Sequence record: OP745616
Direction: 5' to 3' (one strand)
Length of the DNA: 64,000 nucleotides
Origin: Escherichia phage E20
Every line of letters starts with the position of its first letter. The first letter of the stretch is position 1. Of the stretch, positions 18,925 through 27,689 are shown one piece after another. Made by a program: the position numbers and the translations under genes. Below the pieces are notes generated by a model. It did not search any database. It had not been told where the DNA came from and saw only the letters and a program-made list of their open reading frames with translations.

Positions 18925-19882
18925 TGTCTCATTGGCTCTGGCTGTATGGCTATTACATGACGAGTATGATTACGTAGACAATCCTAAGTACCTGTCTGCT
19001 ACCACATTGCTTAAACCTATTAAGCAAATCGTCATGAAGCATCGTGTAGATTTTAGTGACCAGTCCATTGATGTTATGGATTTCGTATCCACATCAATGG
19101 GTACTGGCTTACATGACTCTATAGAGAAAGCCTGGAAGCTGGGCCATAAGACTGCATTGAAGAAGCTAGGTTATCCTCAGCGAGTAATTGATGCAGTAGT
19201 CATTAACCCAACCAAAGCAGACTTTGCTGCTAATCCTGACCTTATCCCAATCTACATTGAACAACGTGGAACCAAACAGGTTAAGGGATGGACTATTGGT
19301 GGTAAGTTCGACATCGTAACGGAAGGTCTGCTGCAAGACTTCAAGTCTACCTCAACCTATTCCTGGGTTGCTGGTTCCCGTGATGATGAACACAAGATGC
19401 AAGGCAGCTTGTATCGTTGGATTCACAACGACATCATTACTGAGGATGTAATTCGTATTAACTACATCTTCACCGACTTCATGAAACACATGGCTAACAG
19501 CAATCCGAACTATCCTGCTAATCGCATTATGCATAAGGATATTCCATTGCTATCTGTCGAGAAGACTGAGCGTTGGGTAGAGGAGAAGATTCACTTAATT
19601 GAAAAGTACTGGGATGCACCTGAAGAGGAAATCCCTGAATGTACTGACGAGGAGTTGTGGCGAACAGAGCCACAGTTCAAATACTTCTCTGATGCTTCTA
19701 AGGTAGATGTACCTGGAGCCAGAAGTACCAAAAACTTTGACGATATGGCATCTGCCCGTATCTTCATGGCTGAAAAAGGTGGCAAGGGTGCTATCAAGGT
19801 CGTGGAGGGACAGGTTAAAAGATGTCTTTACTGTCCTGTCGCATCTATTTGCAAACAAAGAGAGAGATATTTTCCATCATGA
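18902..19882 (+). CDS. PD-(D/E)XK-family exonuclease with C-terminal Cys cluster (Cas4/RecB-like)
   Basis: 326 aa; D...E.K-like segment FDIVTEGLLQDFKST; C-terminal cysteines ECTDEE...CLYCPVASIC consistent with Fe-S cluster nucleases. Confidence 0.45.
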   Translation: MKITNNHDVSLALAVWLLHDEYDYVDNPKYLSATTLLKPIKQIVMKHRVDFSDQSIDVMDFVSTSMGTGLHDSIEKAWKLGHKTALKKLGYPQRVIDAVVINPTKADFAANPDLIPIYIEQRGTKQVKGWTIGGKFDIVTEGLLQDFKSTSTYSWVAGSRDDEHKMQGSLYRWIHNDIITEDVIRINYIFTDFMKHMANSNPNYPANRIMHKDIPLLSVEKTERWVEEKIHLIEKYWDAPEEEIPECTDEELWRTEPQFKYFSDASKVDVPGARSTKNFDDMASARIFMAEKGGKGAIKVVEGQVKRCLYCPVASICKQRERYFPS

Positions 19883-22032
19883 GTATTGACCTTACCGGAG
19901 TAGTGCACCATCCAGCGATTGAAGAAATCGTAGATGTGCTCTGCAATAAAACCCAGAATAACGACCGGGGATTCTTCCGTGTCGAAGTAGCCTACTTCTT
20001 GGCTAAAATGGCATCCTGCATGGGTGCAACCATCGTAACTAAAGACCGTGGTGACCTGCCGGTAAACATCTACGCTATGGCGTTGGCTACATCTGGTTTC
20101 GGTAAAGGTCACTCGGTAAATATCATTGAAGACGGGTTCATGACTGGCTTCCGTAAACGTTTTATGGAAGACACCATGCCCGTCATTGCAAATGACCGTT
20201 TATGGAAGATTGCTAACGAACGTGCTGCTCGTCAGGGTACGGACCAGAATGATGAGTTTGATAAAGTCGAAGCAGAGTATAAACGTGCTGGGGCATTCCC
20301 ATTCACATTCGACTCTGGTACAGCACCTGCTGTAAAACAACTTCGTCACAAACTACTTATGGCTGGTTGTGGTGCTATTAACCTACAGATTGATGAGATT
20401 GGTTCCAACCTCATTGCCAACGTTGAAGTACTTAACCTGTTCCTTGAGTTGTATGACCAGGGGAAAGTAAAACAGAAGTTAACCAAGAACACTGCTGAAA
20501 GTATTCGTGGTGAAGAACTGGATGGTAAGACTCCTGCTAACCTGCTGCTGTTCGGTACTCCGAGTAAGCTGCTGGATGGTGGGCAGACTGAAGACCAGTT
20601 CTATGACTTCCTCGATACAGGGTATGCACGTCGTTGTCTGTTTGCGATTGGACACTTAGACAAGCGAGCACATGCAACGCTGACCCCGGAAGAAATCTAC
20701 CGTAACCTGATTAAGCAGGATAACGTTCAATCTCTTGGTAAGTGGGCTAACCACTTCCATAGTCTGGCTGACCCAAACCTGTTTGGCTTTAAGATGATTG
20801 TGGAAGATGCAGTGGGTATTGCTTTAATTACTTACAAAATTGATTGTGAGAAAAAAGCAGAAGCTATGGCTGACCACGAAGAAATTCGTAAGGCTGAAAT
20901 CTCTCACCGTTACTTTAAGGCTCTTAAGCTGGCAGGTGCACTGGCGTTTGTTGACCAGAGTTCATTCATTGAGATGTCTCACCTTAAACAAGCAATCCTG
21001 CTCGTAGAAGAATCCGGGGCAGCATTCCAGGGTATTCTCAATCGCGAGAAAGCCTATGTGAAGCTGGCTAAGTACATTGCCTCCGTAGGTAAGGAAGTGA
21101 CACATGCTGACTTGCTGGAGTCATTACCGTTCTATAAGAGTGGTAATGCAGCTCGCAATGAGATGATGACTCTTGCTACAGCATGGGGTTACAAACAGCA
21201 CATCATTATTAAGAAAACCTTCAATGAAGGTATTGAGTTCTTTCGTGGTGAGACTCTGAAAGAGACTGACACCAATGAGATGATAGTGGCATATAGTGAT
21301 AGCTTTGCTTATGACTATGTTGGTGAACGTGTACCGTTTGACCAGCTACATGTATTAACCCAAGCTCCCGGTATGCACTGGGTGAACCATCACATGAAGA
21401 ATGGGCATCGTTCTGAAGAGAACGTTATTCCAGGATTTAACATGATTGTTATTGATTGTGATGGCGGAGTACCTCTGCATACGTGCCATGAACTGATGAA
21501 GGAATATAAGTTCATGACCTATACCACTAAGCGTCATACCGACGAAGAGAACCGCTTCCGTCTGATTATTCCAATGAACTATGAGTTACACCTCGACACT
21601 GAGGAATACAAAGAGTTCATGAATAACGTTATGGCTTGGCTACCATTTGAAACGGATGAGTCTGCTAACCAACGAGCCAAGAAGTGGATGTCCTGTGAGA
21701 CTGGTTCCTATCATTACAACCTTGATGCAAATCTGTTGGATGTACGTGACTTTATTCCTCGTACCAGTAAGAACGAGCAGTTCCAGAACCAGATGAAGGA
21801 AGTTCAGTCGTTAGACAATCTGGAGCGTTGGTTCGCTGGTCGTATTGCCTCCGGTAATCGTAATAATCAAATGATTAAGTACGCACTGGCATTAGTAGAC
21901 AGTGGTTGGGACTTTGCTCAAGTACAGCAAGCCGTCTACTCATTCAATAAGAAACTGGCTAATCCATTACCAGATGATGAATTGAATTCAACCGTAATGG
22001 TCACCGTGGCTAAACGCTTCGCTGGCAAGTAA
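19879..22032 (+). CDS. primase-like replication protein (N4 gp43-like position)
   Basis: ORF frame 19822..22032; ATG 19879 overlaps upstream stop (ATGA); 717 aa; position between exonuclease and SSB in an N4-like replication module; function inferred from synteny only. Confidence 0.4.
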   Translation: MSIDLTGVVHHPAIEEIVDVLCNKTQNNDRGFFRVEVAYFLAKMASCMGATIVTKDRGDLPVNIYAMALATSGFGKGHSVNIIEDGFMTGFRKRFMEDTMPVIANDRLWKIANERAARQGTDQNDEFDKVEAEYKRAGAFPFTFDSGTAPAVKQLRHKLLMAGCGAINLQIDEIGSNLIANVEVLNLFLELYDQGKVKQKLTKNTAESIRGEELDGKTPANLLLFGTPSKLLDGGQTEDQFYDFLDTGYARRCLFAIGHLDKRAHATLTPEEIYRNLIKQDNVQSLGKWANHFHSLADPNLFGFKMIVEDAVGIALITYKIDCEKKAEAMADHEEIRKAEISHRYFKALKLAGALAFVDQSSFIEMSHLKQAILLVEESGAAFQGILNREKAYVKLAKYIASVGKEVTHADLLESLPFYKSGNAARNEMMTLATAWGYKQHIIIKKTFNEGIEFFRGETLKETDTNEMIVAYSDSFAYDYVGERVPFDQLHVLTQAPGMHWVNHHMKNGHRSEENVIPGFNMIVIDCDGGVPLHTCHELMKEYKFMTYTTKRHTDEENRFRLIIPMNYELHLDTEEYKEFMNNVMAWLPFETDESANQRAKKWMSCETGSYHYNLDANLLDVRDFIPRTSKNEQFQNQMKEVQSLDNLERWFAGRIASGNRNNQMIKYALALVDSGWDFAQVQQAVYSFNKKLANPLPDDELNSTVMVTVAKRFAGK

Positions 22033-22088
22033 GCAAACAGGAGTCTTTCTTTGGTTTGAAGGACTCCTAAACTAAACGAGGAAAAATA

Positions 22089-22841
22089 ATGTCCGAAGAA
22101 ATCTCCAACGATATGAACACTCAGCTAATCCTGATTGCAGGATTCTCAGCAAGTGGTAAATCAGCATCGCTGCGTAATATCCGGAACCAGGAACGCTGGC
22201 TGTATCTGAATACAGAAGCAGGCAAGCGTCTACCTTTTCGTAATAAATTCAACACCTACAACATTGAAGACCCATATCAGATTTGGGAAGCATTTGATGT
22301 TGCATCTCCAGGTGGTGAAATGGCAGATGATGTTGATGGTATCATCATCGACTCTGCTACCTTCATGATGGACATGTTGGAATCCCAGTATGTATTGCCA
22401 TCTGCTAATACTCAGAAAGCCTGGGGAGACTTTGCACAGTTCTTTAAAATACTGCTGCAACAGAAAGTCGTTAAGTTTGGTAAGCCAGTAATTATTACTG
22501 CACATGCCAAAGATGAACTCGACGAAGCTGCTGGTGTGATGAAAACATTCATCCCAGTTAAAGGCTCCCTGAAGAACAATGGCCTTGAGGCTTACTTCTC
22601 TACAGTGGTTTACGCAGAACGTGTAGACATTAAGGAACTGGAGAAGTACGGCAACAAGATGCTTGATATTACGGAAGAAGAACGTGACTTAGGCTATAAG
22701 CACGTATTCCAGACACGTCCAACCAAGAAGTCTGTTGGTAAACGACTTCGCTCACCGATGGGTATGTTTGATAAGTCGCAGACTTACATTGATAATGATG
22801 CCCAAAAACTCTTAGACCATCTGGCTGAATACTACGCTTAA
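22089..22841 (+). CDS. P-loop NTPase (RecA-like/AAA-like)
   Basis: Walker A GFSASGKSA near N-terminus; hydrophobic-strand-Asp IIIDSATF as Walker B candidate. Confidence 0.45.
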   Translation: MSEEISNDMNTQLILIAGFSASGKSASLRNIRNQERWLYLNTEAGKRLPFRNKFNTYNIEDPYQIWEAFDVASPGGEMADDVDGIIIDSATFMMDMLESQYVLPSANTQKAWGDFAQFFKILLQQKVVKFGKPVIITAHAKDELDEAAGVMKTFIPVKGSLKNNGLEAYFSTVVYAERVDIKELEKYGNKMLDITEEERDLGYKHVFQTRPTKKSVGKRLRSPMGMFDKSQTYIDNDAQKLLDHLAEYYA

Positions 22842-22881
22842 GCGTTTGCCTGGTTGTTAATCACTTATTAGGAAAAATATT

Positions 22882-23685
22882 ATGTCACTGTTCGGTAACT
22901 TGAAAGAAAAAACCAAAAACGTTGAAGCTGCAAAAGACACTCTTGGTGGTGGTGGCTTCGGTGCTAAAGAATCTGATATCTACACTGGTACTGTAAAAGT
23001 AGCTTACGTAGGTAAAGCTGATTCTGGTGCAGACTGGATGCAGTTAATCATCGAAAACCTGAAAGGTTCTGACGGCAATGATGCTGGTGAGTTCCGTGCT
23101 CAGGTGTACTTTACTTCCGGTAATGCTAAAGGCAATAAGCCGACTTACGAGAAGAATGGTAAAGAATACTTCCTGCCTGGCTACACTGTCATTAATGACA
23201 TGATGCTGATGGCTACTGGTTGTGAACTGCCAGATGCAGACTTCGAAGAGAAGATTGTTAAAGTCTATGACTTCGACCTGAAAGCTGAAACCAATAAGTC
23301 TGTCATGGTTCCAGTTGACCTGGTTGGGCAGACTGTTACCTTCGCTCTGGAAAAGGTTCTGGAAGCTAAGCAGGTTAAAGGTGACAACGGTTACGTTGAC
23401 TCCGGAGAAACTCGTGAAGTAAACGAGATTCAGAAAGTATTTCACCCGGAATTGCTGGTCACAGTCGTCGAGGCTCAGGAAGCAGAGAAGGCTGAGAAAG
23501 AACTGACCCCAGAACTGGCTGTATTCTATGCAGCATGGCTGGAAAAGAACAAAGGTAAAACCCGTGATAAGACCAAGGGTTCTGCTGGTGGTAATGGTAA
23601 AGGTGGCTTACCTCCTAAACCAGGTGCAGGTGCTGGCACAGGTACTACTCCTGCTGGTGGTAAATCTCTGTTCGGTAAGCGTTAA
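22882..23685 (+). CDS. single-stranded DNA-binding protein candidate (N4 gp45-like position)
   Basis: 267 aa; Gly-rich flexible C-terminal tail (GSAGGNGKGGLPPKPGAGAGTGTTPAGG) typical of SSB tails; synteny. Confidence 0.45.
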   Translation: MSLFGNLKEKTKNVEAAKDTLGGGGFGAKESDIYTGTVKVAYVGKADSGADWMQLIIENLKGSDGNDAGEFRAQVYFTSGNAKGNKPTYEKNGKEYFLPGYTVINDMMLMATGCELPDADFEEKIVKVYDFDLKAETNKSVMVPVDLVGQTVTFALEKVLEAKQVKGDNGYVDSGETREVNEIQKVFHPELLVTVVEAQEAEKAEKELTPELAVFYAAWLEKNKGKTRDKTKGSAGGNGKGGLPPKPGAGAGTGTTPAGGKSLFGKR

Positions 23686-24239
23686 TGAAAATCCCAATTG
23701 TCGGTGCAGACATTAGTCTCCGCAATTGGGGATTAGCTCGTGGGATGCTGGACATTGAGTCCGGCGTCTTCGAGCAGGTCGAACTTAAACTGGTTCAAAC
23801 TGAAGTTGACCACAACAAACAAGTTCGAACCAACTCCAAAGATATACAAGCTGCCCATGATTTGTTTCTTGGTTGTGAGGAATGGTTACGGTCTGCTAAA
23901 GCAGTATTCGTAGAAGTACCAGTAGGCTCTCAGTCTGCTAATGGTATGAAGTCCTATGGTGTATGCGTAGGACTAATCGGTGCATTCCGTGCATTGGGTT
24001 GCCCAATCTTTGAAGTATCCCCAATTGAAAACAAACTTGCACTGGTCGGTGATAAAACTGCATCCAAAGACACGATGATCCGTGCTGCTCATGCCATCTA
24101 TCCTGAAGCCAACTGGCTCACGGATAAGAAAGGTAAACTTCTGAATAAGAATGAGCACTTAGCCGATGCAATCGGTGCAATCCACGCTGGGGTAAATCTA
24201 CCAGCTTTCCAGAATCTCATTAAATTAATAAAGGCATAA
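23685..24239 (+). CDS. RuvC-like Holliday junction resolvase candidate
   Basis: 184 aa; N-terminal IVGADISL (catalytic Asp in first strand), VFVEVP Glu, C-terminal EHLADAIGAIHAG His/Asp motif consistent with RNase H-fold resolvases. Confidence 0.45.
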   Translation: MKIPIVGADISLRNWGLARGMLDIESGVFEQVELKLVQTEVDHNKQVRTNSKDIQAAHDLFLGCEEWLRSAKAVFVEVPVGSQSANGMKSYGVCVGLIGAFRALGCPIFEVSPIENKLALVGDKTASKDTMIRAAHAIYPEANWLTDKKGKLLNKNEHLADAIGAIHAGVNLPAFQNLIKLIKA

Positions 24240-24240
24240 T

Positions 24241-24690
24241 ATGCAAATCGTTCTGAACCAGTCTGAAGTAGAAGCTGCTATTGAAGCTTATGTAAATGAA
24301 CAAGTTAATCTTGCCGGGGACATTAATATCCTGGTGAATGCAGATGGTACTGCCACTATTGGTATCAATGAAGAGGTCGGTCATAGTGATGACACTCCCC
24401 CCGTGGTAGAGAAGAAGACTCGCCGTCCTCGTAAGAACCCACAAGAAGCCAAACACCGTCCGGTAGAACCAGAACCGGTTGTTGAGGATGAAGCCGAAGA
24501 AGAGGTAAAGGAAGAAGAAATCCAGACCTCTACTGGTGGAGCGAACGAGAGTTCTACGCCGGAACCTGAAGAAACAGTAGCTGAACCAGAAGCACAAGAA
24601 GAAGTTGTGCAGGAGGAAGTTAAGGCTGAAGAACCAGCAGAGAAACCTGCTGCGAAGCCTTCACTGTTCGCTGGCCTGAAACGTAGTTAA
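24241..24690 (+). CDS. acidic Glu/Pro-rich protein
   Basis: 149 aa; C-terminal half is strongly acidic low-complexity (EPEPVVEDEAEEEVKEEE...). Confidence 0.45.
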   Translation: MQIVLNQSEVEAAIEAYVNEQVNLAGDINILVNADGTATIGINEEVGHSDDTPPVVEKKTRRPRKNPQEAKHRPVEPEPVVEDEAEEEVKEEEIQTSTGGANESSTPEPEETVAEPEAQEEVVQEEVKAEEPAEKPAAKPSLFAGLKRS

Positions 24691-25791
24691 TCTGGTAGGT
24701 GGCTCAGAAGCTGCTGCTAGGTGTGGTAGTGTTTATAGTCCTGATGCTACTACTGGTCAGGATTATAGACGTGTCGGCTCCATACATAGCTTTTATCATC
24801 ACTGTCATTATCCTGTGGAAATGCAGTGGTAAACACGGTGGTGACAAGCCGCCAGAATAACAACAACCGAACCAGTGGATTGGAATACTCTCCCCAGTCC
24901 ATTGGTTCAATCGGGGTTACTATGAACAAATTTACTATTCACTGGCTCAATGGAAAGGTTAGTTCTTTCATGGGTGGAGAACCTGCTGAAGGAAGCATTG
25001 AAAAAGAGTAGTTAATATCGTGAAGGGTTCTGTTAGAATCTTTTGAGATAGGAACTCCTATCATAACCTTTCTTAACTTAATCTTTGCCGTATGGCACTG
25101 ACGCTAGGGGTGGCCCCCCATCCGTCAGACAGACTATTTTAAGAATGGGTTATCTCAGAAAATGTAAAGCAACATTCGGGTTAATCAATGGCCTCTCCTA
25201 TAGGGGCCATTTCTGAATCTTAGGCTATATCCCAAAGGTTAGTATCTTTGGGATAAGGCTTCAGATCCCTTATCAAACTAACCGCTCATGTTGAGCATAT
25301 TAATTAACCCAGCCCACTAAGGGGGCGGGAGTTTAATGCCGGTAAGCATAAGCCTATCCGACTACAACATCGAACTGTTAGGTCTTACATGCAACATAGG
25401 GTATAAAGGGAGGATTCGTCCCCTCCCTCCTATTATGAACTACCGGAGAGTGCATTAGTTGATTAGCTGTGGAAGGTAGGCCGATGTCCACAAGCGTGGC
25501 CCAGAGCTAGTGTACTCCCCGATAGTTTTCGTAGCGATTATGCGGTTTTTTAGAAACGAACCAATAACATAAATGCAAACGAAGAAGCGTATCTGATGGT
25601 CGCCTAACAGCGTAACCTCAGTCAGGAGTGAGTCGTCCTGATTATCAAACGACCATGGAGTTCTCCCGTCCATGTATTAGAAACGGGGGGCCAATTACCA
25701 GTTGCACGAGATGGCTTGACATGCTCAAGTTTGGACTAAGTGTGACACCGCTAGATTGGAGGGCTGCTGCGGTAAGCTATAGACTCCAACC

Positions 25792-25819
25792 GGAGGTTCG
25801 AATCCTTCACTGGTAACCA
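25792..25819 (+). other. tRNA 3'-half-like element (T arm + acceptor strand + CCA); full tRNA not resolved
   Basis: ggagg-ttcgaat-ccttc T arm followed by actggta-a-cca; matching 5' acceptor strand taccagt lies ~120 nt upstream (25697), too far for a standard tRNA. Confidence 0.25.
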
Positions 25820-25947
25820 ATCAGAAGTAGCACTGCATAGAACGCGAAAAGGTTCAGCGACGTTAGCCATACGGTATTGTAAGGTTCGAGTCCTTACCTA
25901 TGAGCAGTGACGACTGCAACAGTGCTACTTCTAATTGGAATAAATAT

Positions 25948-26025
25948 TGTGGGTGAGCATACGGTTATGCTACAGGCTTCCACACCTGTATGTGAAGTGA
26001 GGTTCAACTCCTCCGCCTGCAACCA
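25948..26025 (+). tRNA. tRNA-like element with atypical anticodon arm (possible tRNA or pseudo-tRNA)
   Basis: manual cloverleaf: acceptor tgtgggt/gcctgca (3 G-U pairs), D stem gcat/atgc, anticodon stem acagg/cctgt with 8-nt loop cttccaca, T arm gagg-ttcaact-cctc, 3' CCA encoded. Confidence 0.3.
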
Positions 26026-26592
26026 AACAATGGGGGTAAGTCGTAAATACGACGGCGTAAGTACCAGATGAAACCTCTGGACGCCCCTACCATATTTGAG
26101 ATGTAACAGTTAAATCCGTACCCGGAAGTGCTATTCTAGATACGCTGCCAATGTGGAGACGGTAAGGCTGTACAGGACTCGGACTCCCATCTCAAACCAA
26201 AGTCGCCAGGTACTTATGGCAAACGGGTAGTAACGAACTAGTCATTCGTCAAACGCCCACCTAATTATGAGTCAGCAAGAACGCCTTCACTTAAACTTAA
26301 ACAAAAAAGCTTAACGCAATAATTATGTAGGGGTATGTAAGGATTGCGAAGAAGGAGCCAGTTAGAGCCTGGCATGACTCACCTAATATGAGCACGTCTA
26401 ATCATCCTGGTTAAGCAGTAGCTAATTACTTATTGCTGTAAAATGAACTACTTAATATAGTTCTTCAGATACAGAGTAACTTGGTTGGATGGGGTAGGTA
26501 TCCTGCCCCTGCTCATTCTATTATAGGTAGCTCGTACTAGTTACGAGGCAGTCAATCTGTGGCAGTGTAAGGCTGCCCTACCCTTTCATTAA

Positions 26593-26665
26593 TACCCGGT
26601 AGGCTTAGTGGCAAAGCCCCACTAGTAAACTAACTAGGACGCAGGTTCGAATCCTGCCCGGGTAA
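26593..26665 (+). tRNA. tRNA (isotype undetermined; non-canonical anticodon arm)
   Basis: manual cloverleaf: perfect 7-bp acceptor tacccgg/ccgggta, D stem ggct/agcc with loop tagtggcaa, T arm gcagg-ttcgaat-cctgc; anticodon arm ctag/ctag core does not give a standard 7-nt loop. Confidence 0.5.
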
Positions 26666-26674
26666 TCATACTAT

Positions 26675-26748
26675 GTCCACTTAGCTTAGACTGGGAAAGC
26701 AACCGACTAATAATCGGAAGGTCACTGGTTCAAATCCAGTAGTGGACA
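26675..26748 (+). tRNA. tRNA (anticodon read as AAU in 7-nt loop cuaauaa; isotype uncertain)
   Basis: manual cloverleaf: 7-bp acceptor gtccact/agtggac, D stem gctt/aagc, anticodon stem ccga/tcgg, T arm actgg-ttcaaat-ccagt; 74 nt; 9 nt after preceding tRNA. Confidence 0.55.
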
Positions 26749-26985
26749 CCCATTCAGCAGTAACATAGTCCTGATTGCATAGCACTCTAAAGACAACACT
26801 GGTAAGACAGTCCAGTGGCTGCTAATGTATTGTTATTCCCCTCGACGGGAATTTCGCTAGTGAAGGTAACACTTAAAAATCCAAACCTACGTCTTACTAC
26901 TATCGGGCTATCAACCCACGGTCGCTTAACCCACTAGTGGTAGTAGTTTGACGGCCTGCCTCGTTGACTGCGTTAAAGTCACTAA

Positions 26986-27021
26986 GTCCCCTGGAGCCGT
27001 CACTCTGGGGGACTTTTTTAT
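26986..27021 (+). terminator. rho-independent terminator closing the RNA-gene region
   Basis: stem gtcccc/ggggac with 15-nt loop followed by ttttttattt. Confidence 0.5.
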
Positions 27022-27190
27022 TTGAGAACTACTTATTGGACGATTCATATGATTGACCTAATCTTAACCCCGTATGCCTATGAGGTAACGGATAACCGAG
27101 GACGTAAGTCTTTGGTGTTTGCAGGTAGCGTAGCCTATAACAACGCAGTCATGTTTAAATACAAACTCAAACCACTCTATGAGGCTAATA

Positions 27191-27571
27191 ATGGCAACAG
27201 TAAGTAAAGAATCAATCGAAGCTAAGATTAAGAGCGTCTACTATTTCAATGGTGCTGATGCAGTAAAGTCTGCCTTCGTTAACCCTTCTGCACTTCCGGC
27301 AGATGATTTGACTAACCTGGGCCTAGTAACATACTGTATTATCATTCTGGAAAATGACTTCAAAGTTGAAGGTGTATCTGCCTGTGTTGACCCAGCTATC
27401 TATGATGAGCAGAAAGGCCGTCAGTATGCATATGAGAATGCATTCAATAAGATTTGGGAATTGGAGGGTTACCTCCTACGTCAGGCACTGCATGAGAAAG
27501 AGGAGACTGCTAAGGCTCTGGCTTCCTTTGCAGAAAACAACACCTGTGATGGTGGTGGTTGCACCATTTAA
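27191..27571 (+). CDS. conserved hypothetical protein (Cys-containing)
   Basis: ORF frame 27179..27571; ATG 27191 preceded by gagg RBS; motifs CIIILENDFKVEGVSACV and C-terminal CDGGGC. Confidence 0.45.
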   Translation: MATVSKESIEAKIKSVYYFNGADAVKSAFVNPSALPADDLTNLGLVTYCIIILENDFKVEGVSACVDPAIYDEQKGRQYAYENAFNKIWELEGYLLRQALHEKEETAKALASFAENNTCDGGGCTI

Positions 27572-27652
27572 CAAACAGGTATATGGTAGTTTTTACCGAA
27601 AGGTACTGAACTACCCGACATGTGGTAAGGCTCATGAAGCCAAAACAAAACA

Positions 27653-27680
27653 AGCCCTCCTAGTGAGGGCTTTATCATTT
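27653..27680 (+). terminator. rho-independent terminator
   Basis: stem agccctc/gagggct then tttatcattt. Confidence 0.45.
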
Positions 27681-27689
27681 GAGGTAGTT

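Noticed and set aside
22039-22068. Hairpin aggagtc...gactcct after the primase-like gene as a terminator
   Set aside because: 16-nt loop and no downstream U-tract; more likely an RNA structure or coincidental palindrome.
24826-25011. 61-aa plus-strand ORF after the acidic-protein gene
   Set aside because: No convincing RBS, low-complexity N-terminus (NNNN), overlapped by a minus-strand ORF of similar size; insufficient support, though a ~29-aa micro-ORF from ATG ~24923 cannot be excluded.
25455-25816. ORFs 25455-25673 (-) and 25628-25816 (+) in the RNA-gene region
   Set aside because: Plus ORF uses GTG start, has no RBS and overlaps a tRNA-like T arm; minus ORF has no coding-like composition; region is better explained as structured RNA.
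25000-27000. CRISPR array or mobile element in the non-coding region
   Set aside because: No regularly spaced direct repeats of 25-40 bp and no transposase/integrase ORF or terminal inverted repeats were seen.
27022-27207. 61-aa ORF with TTG start after the RNA region
   Set aside because: Non-ATG start without RBS, immediately downstream of a terminator and overlapping the better-supported gene starting at 27191; a short real gene from ATG 27048 cannot be excluded.
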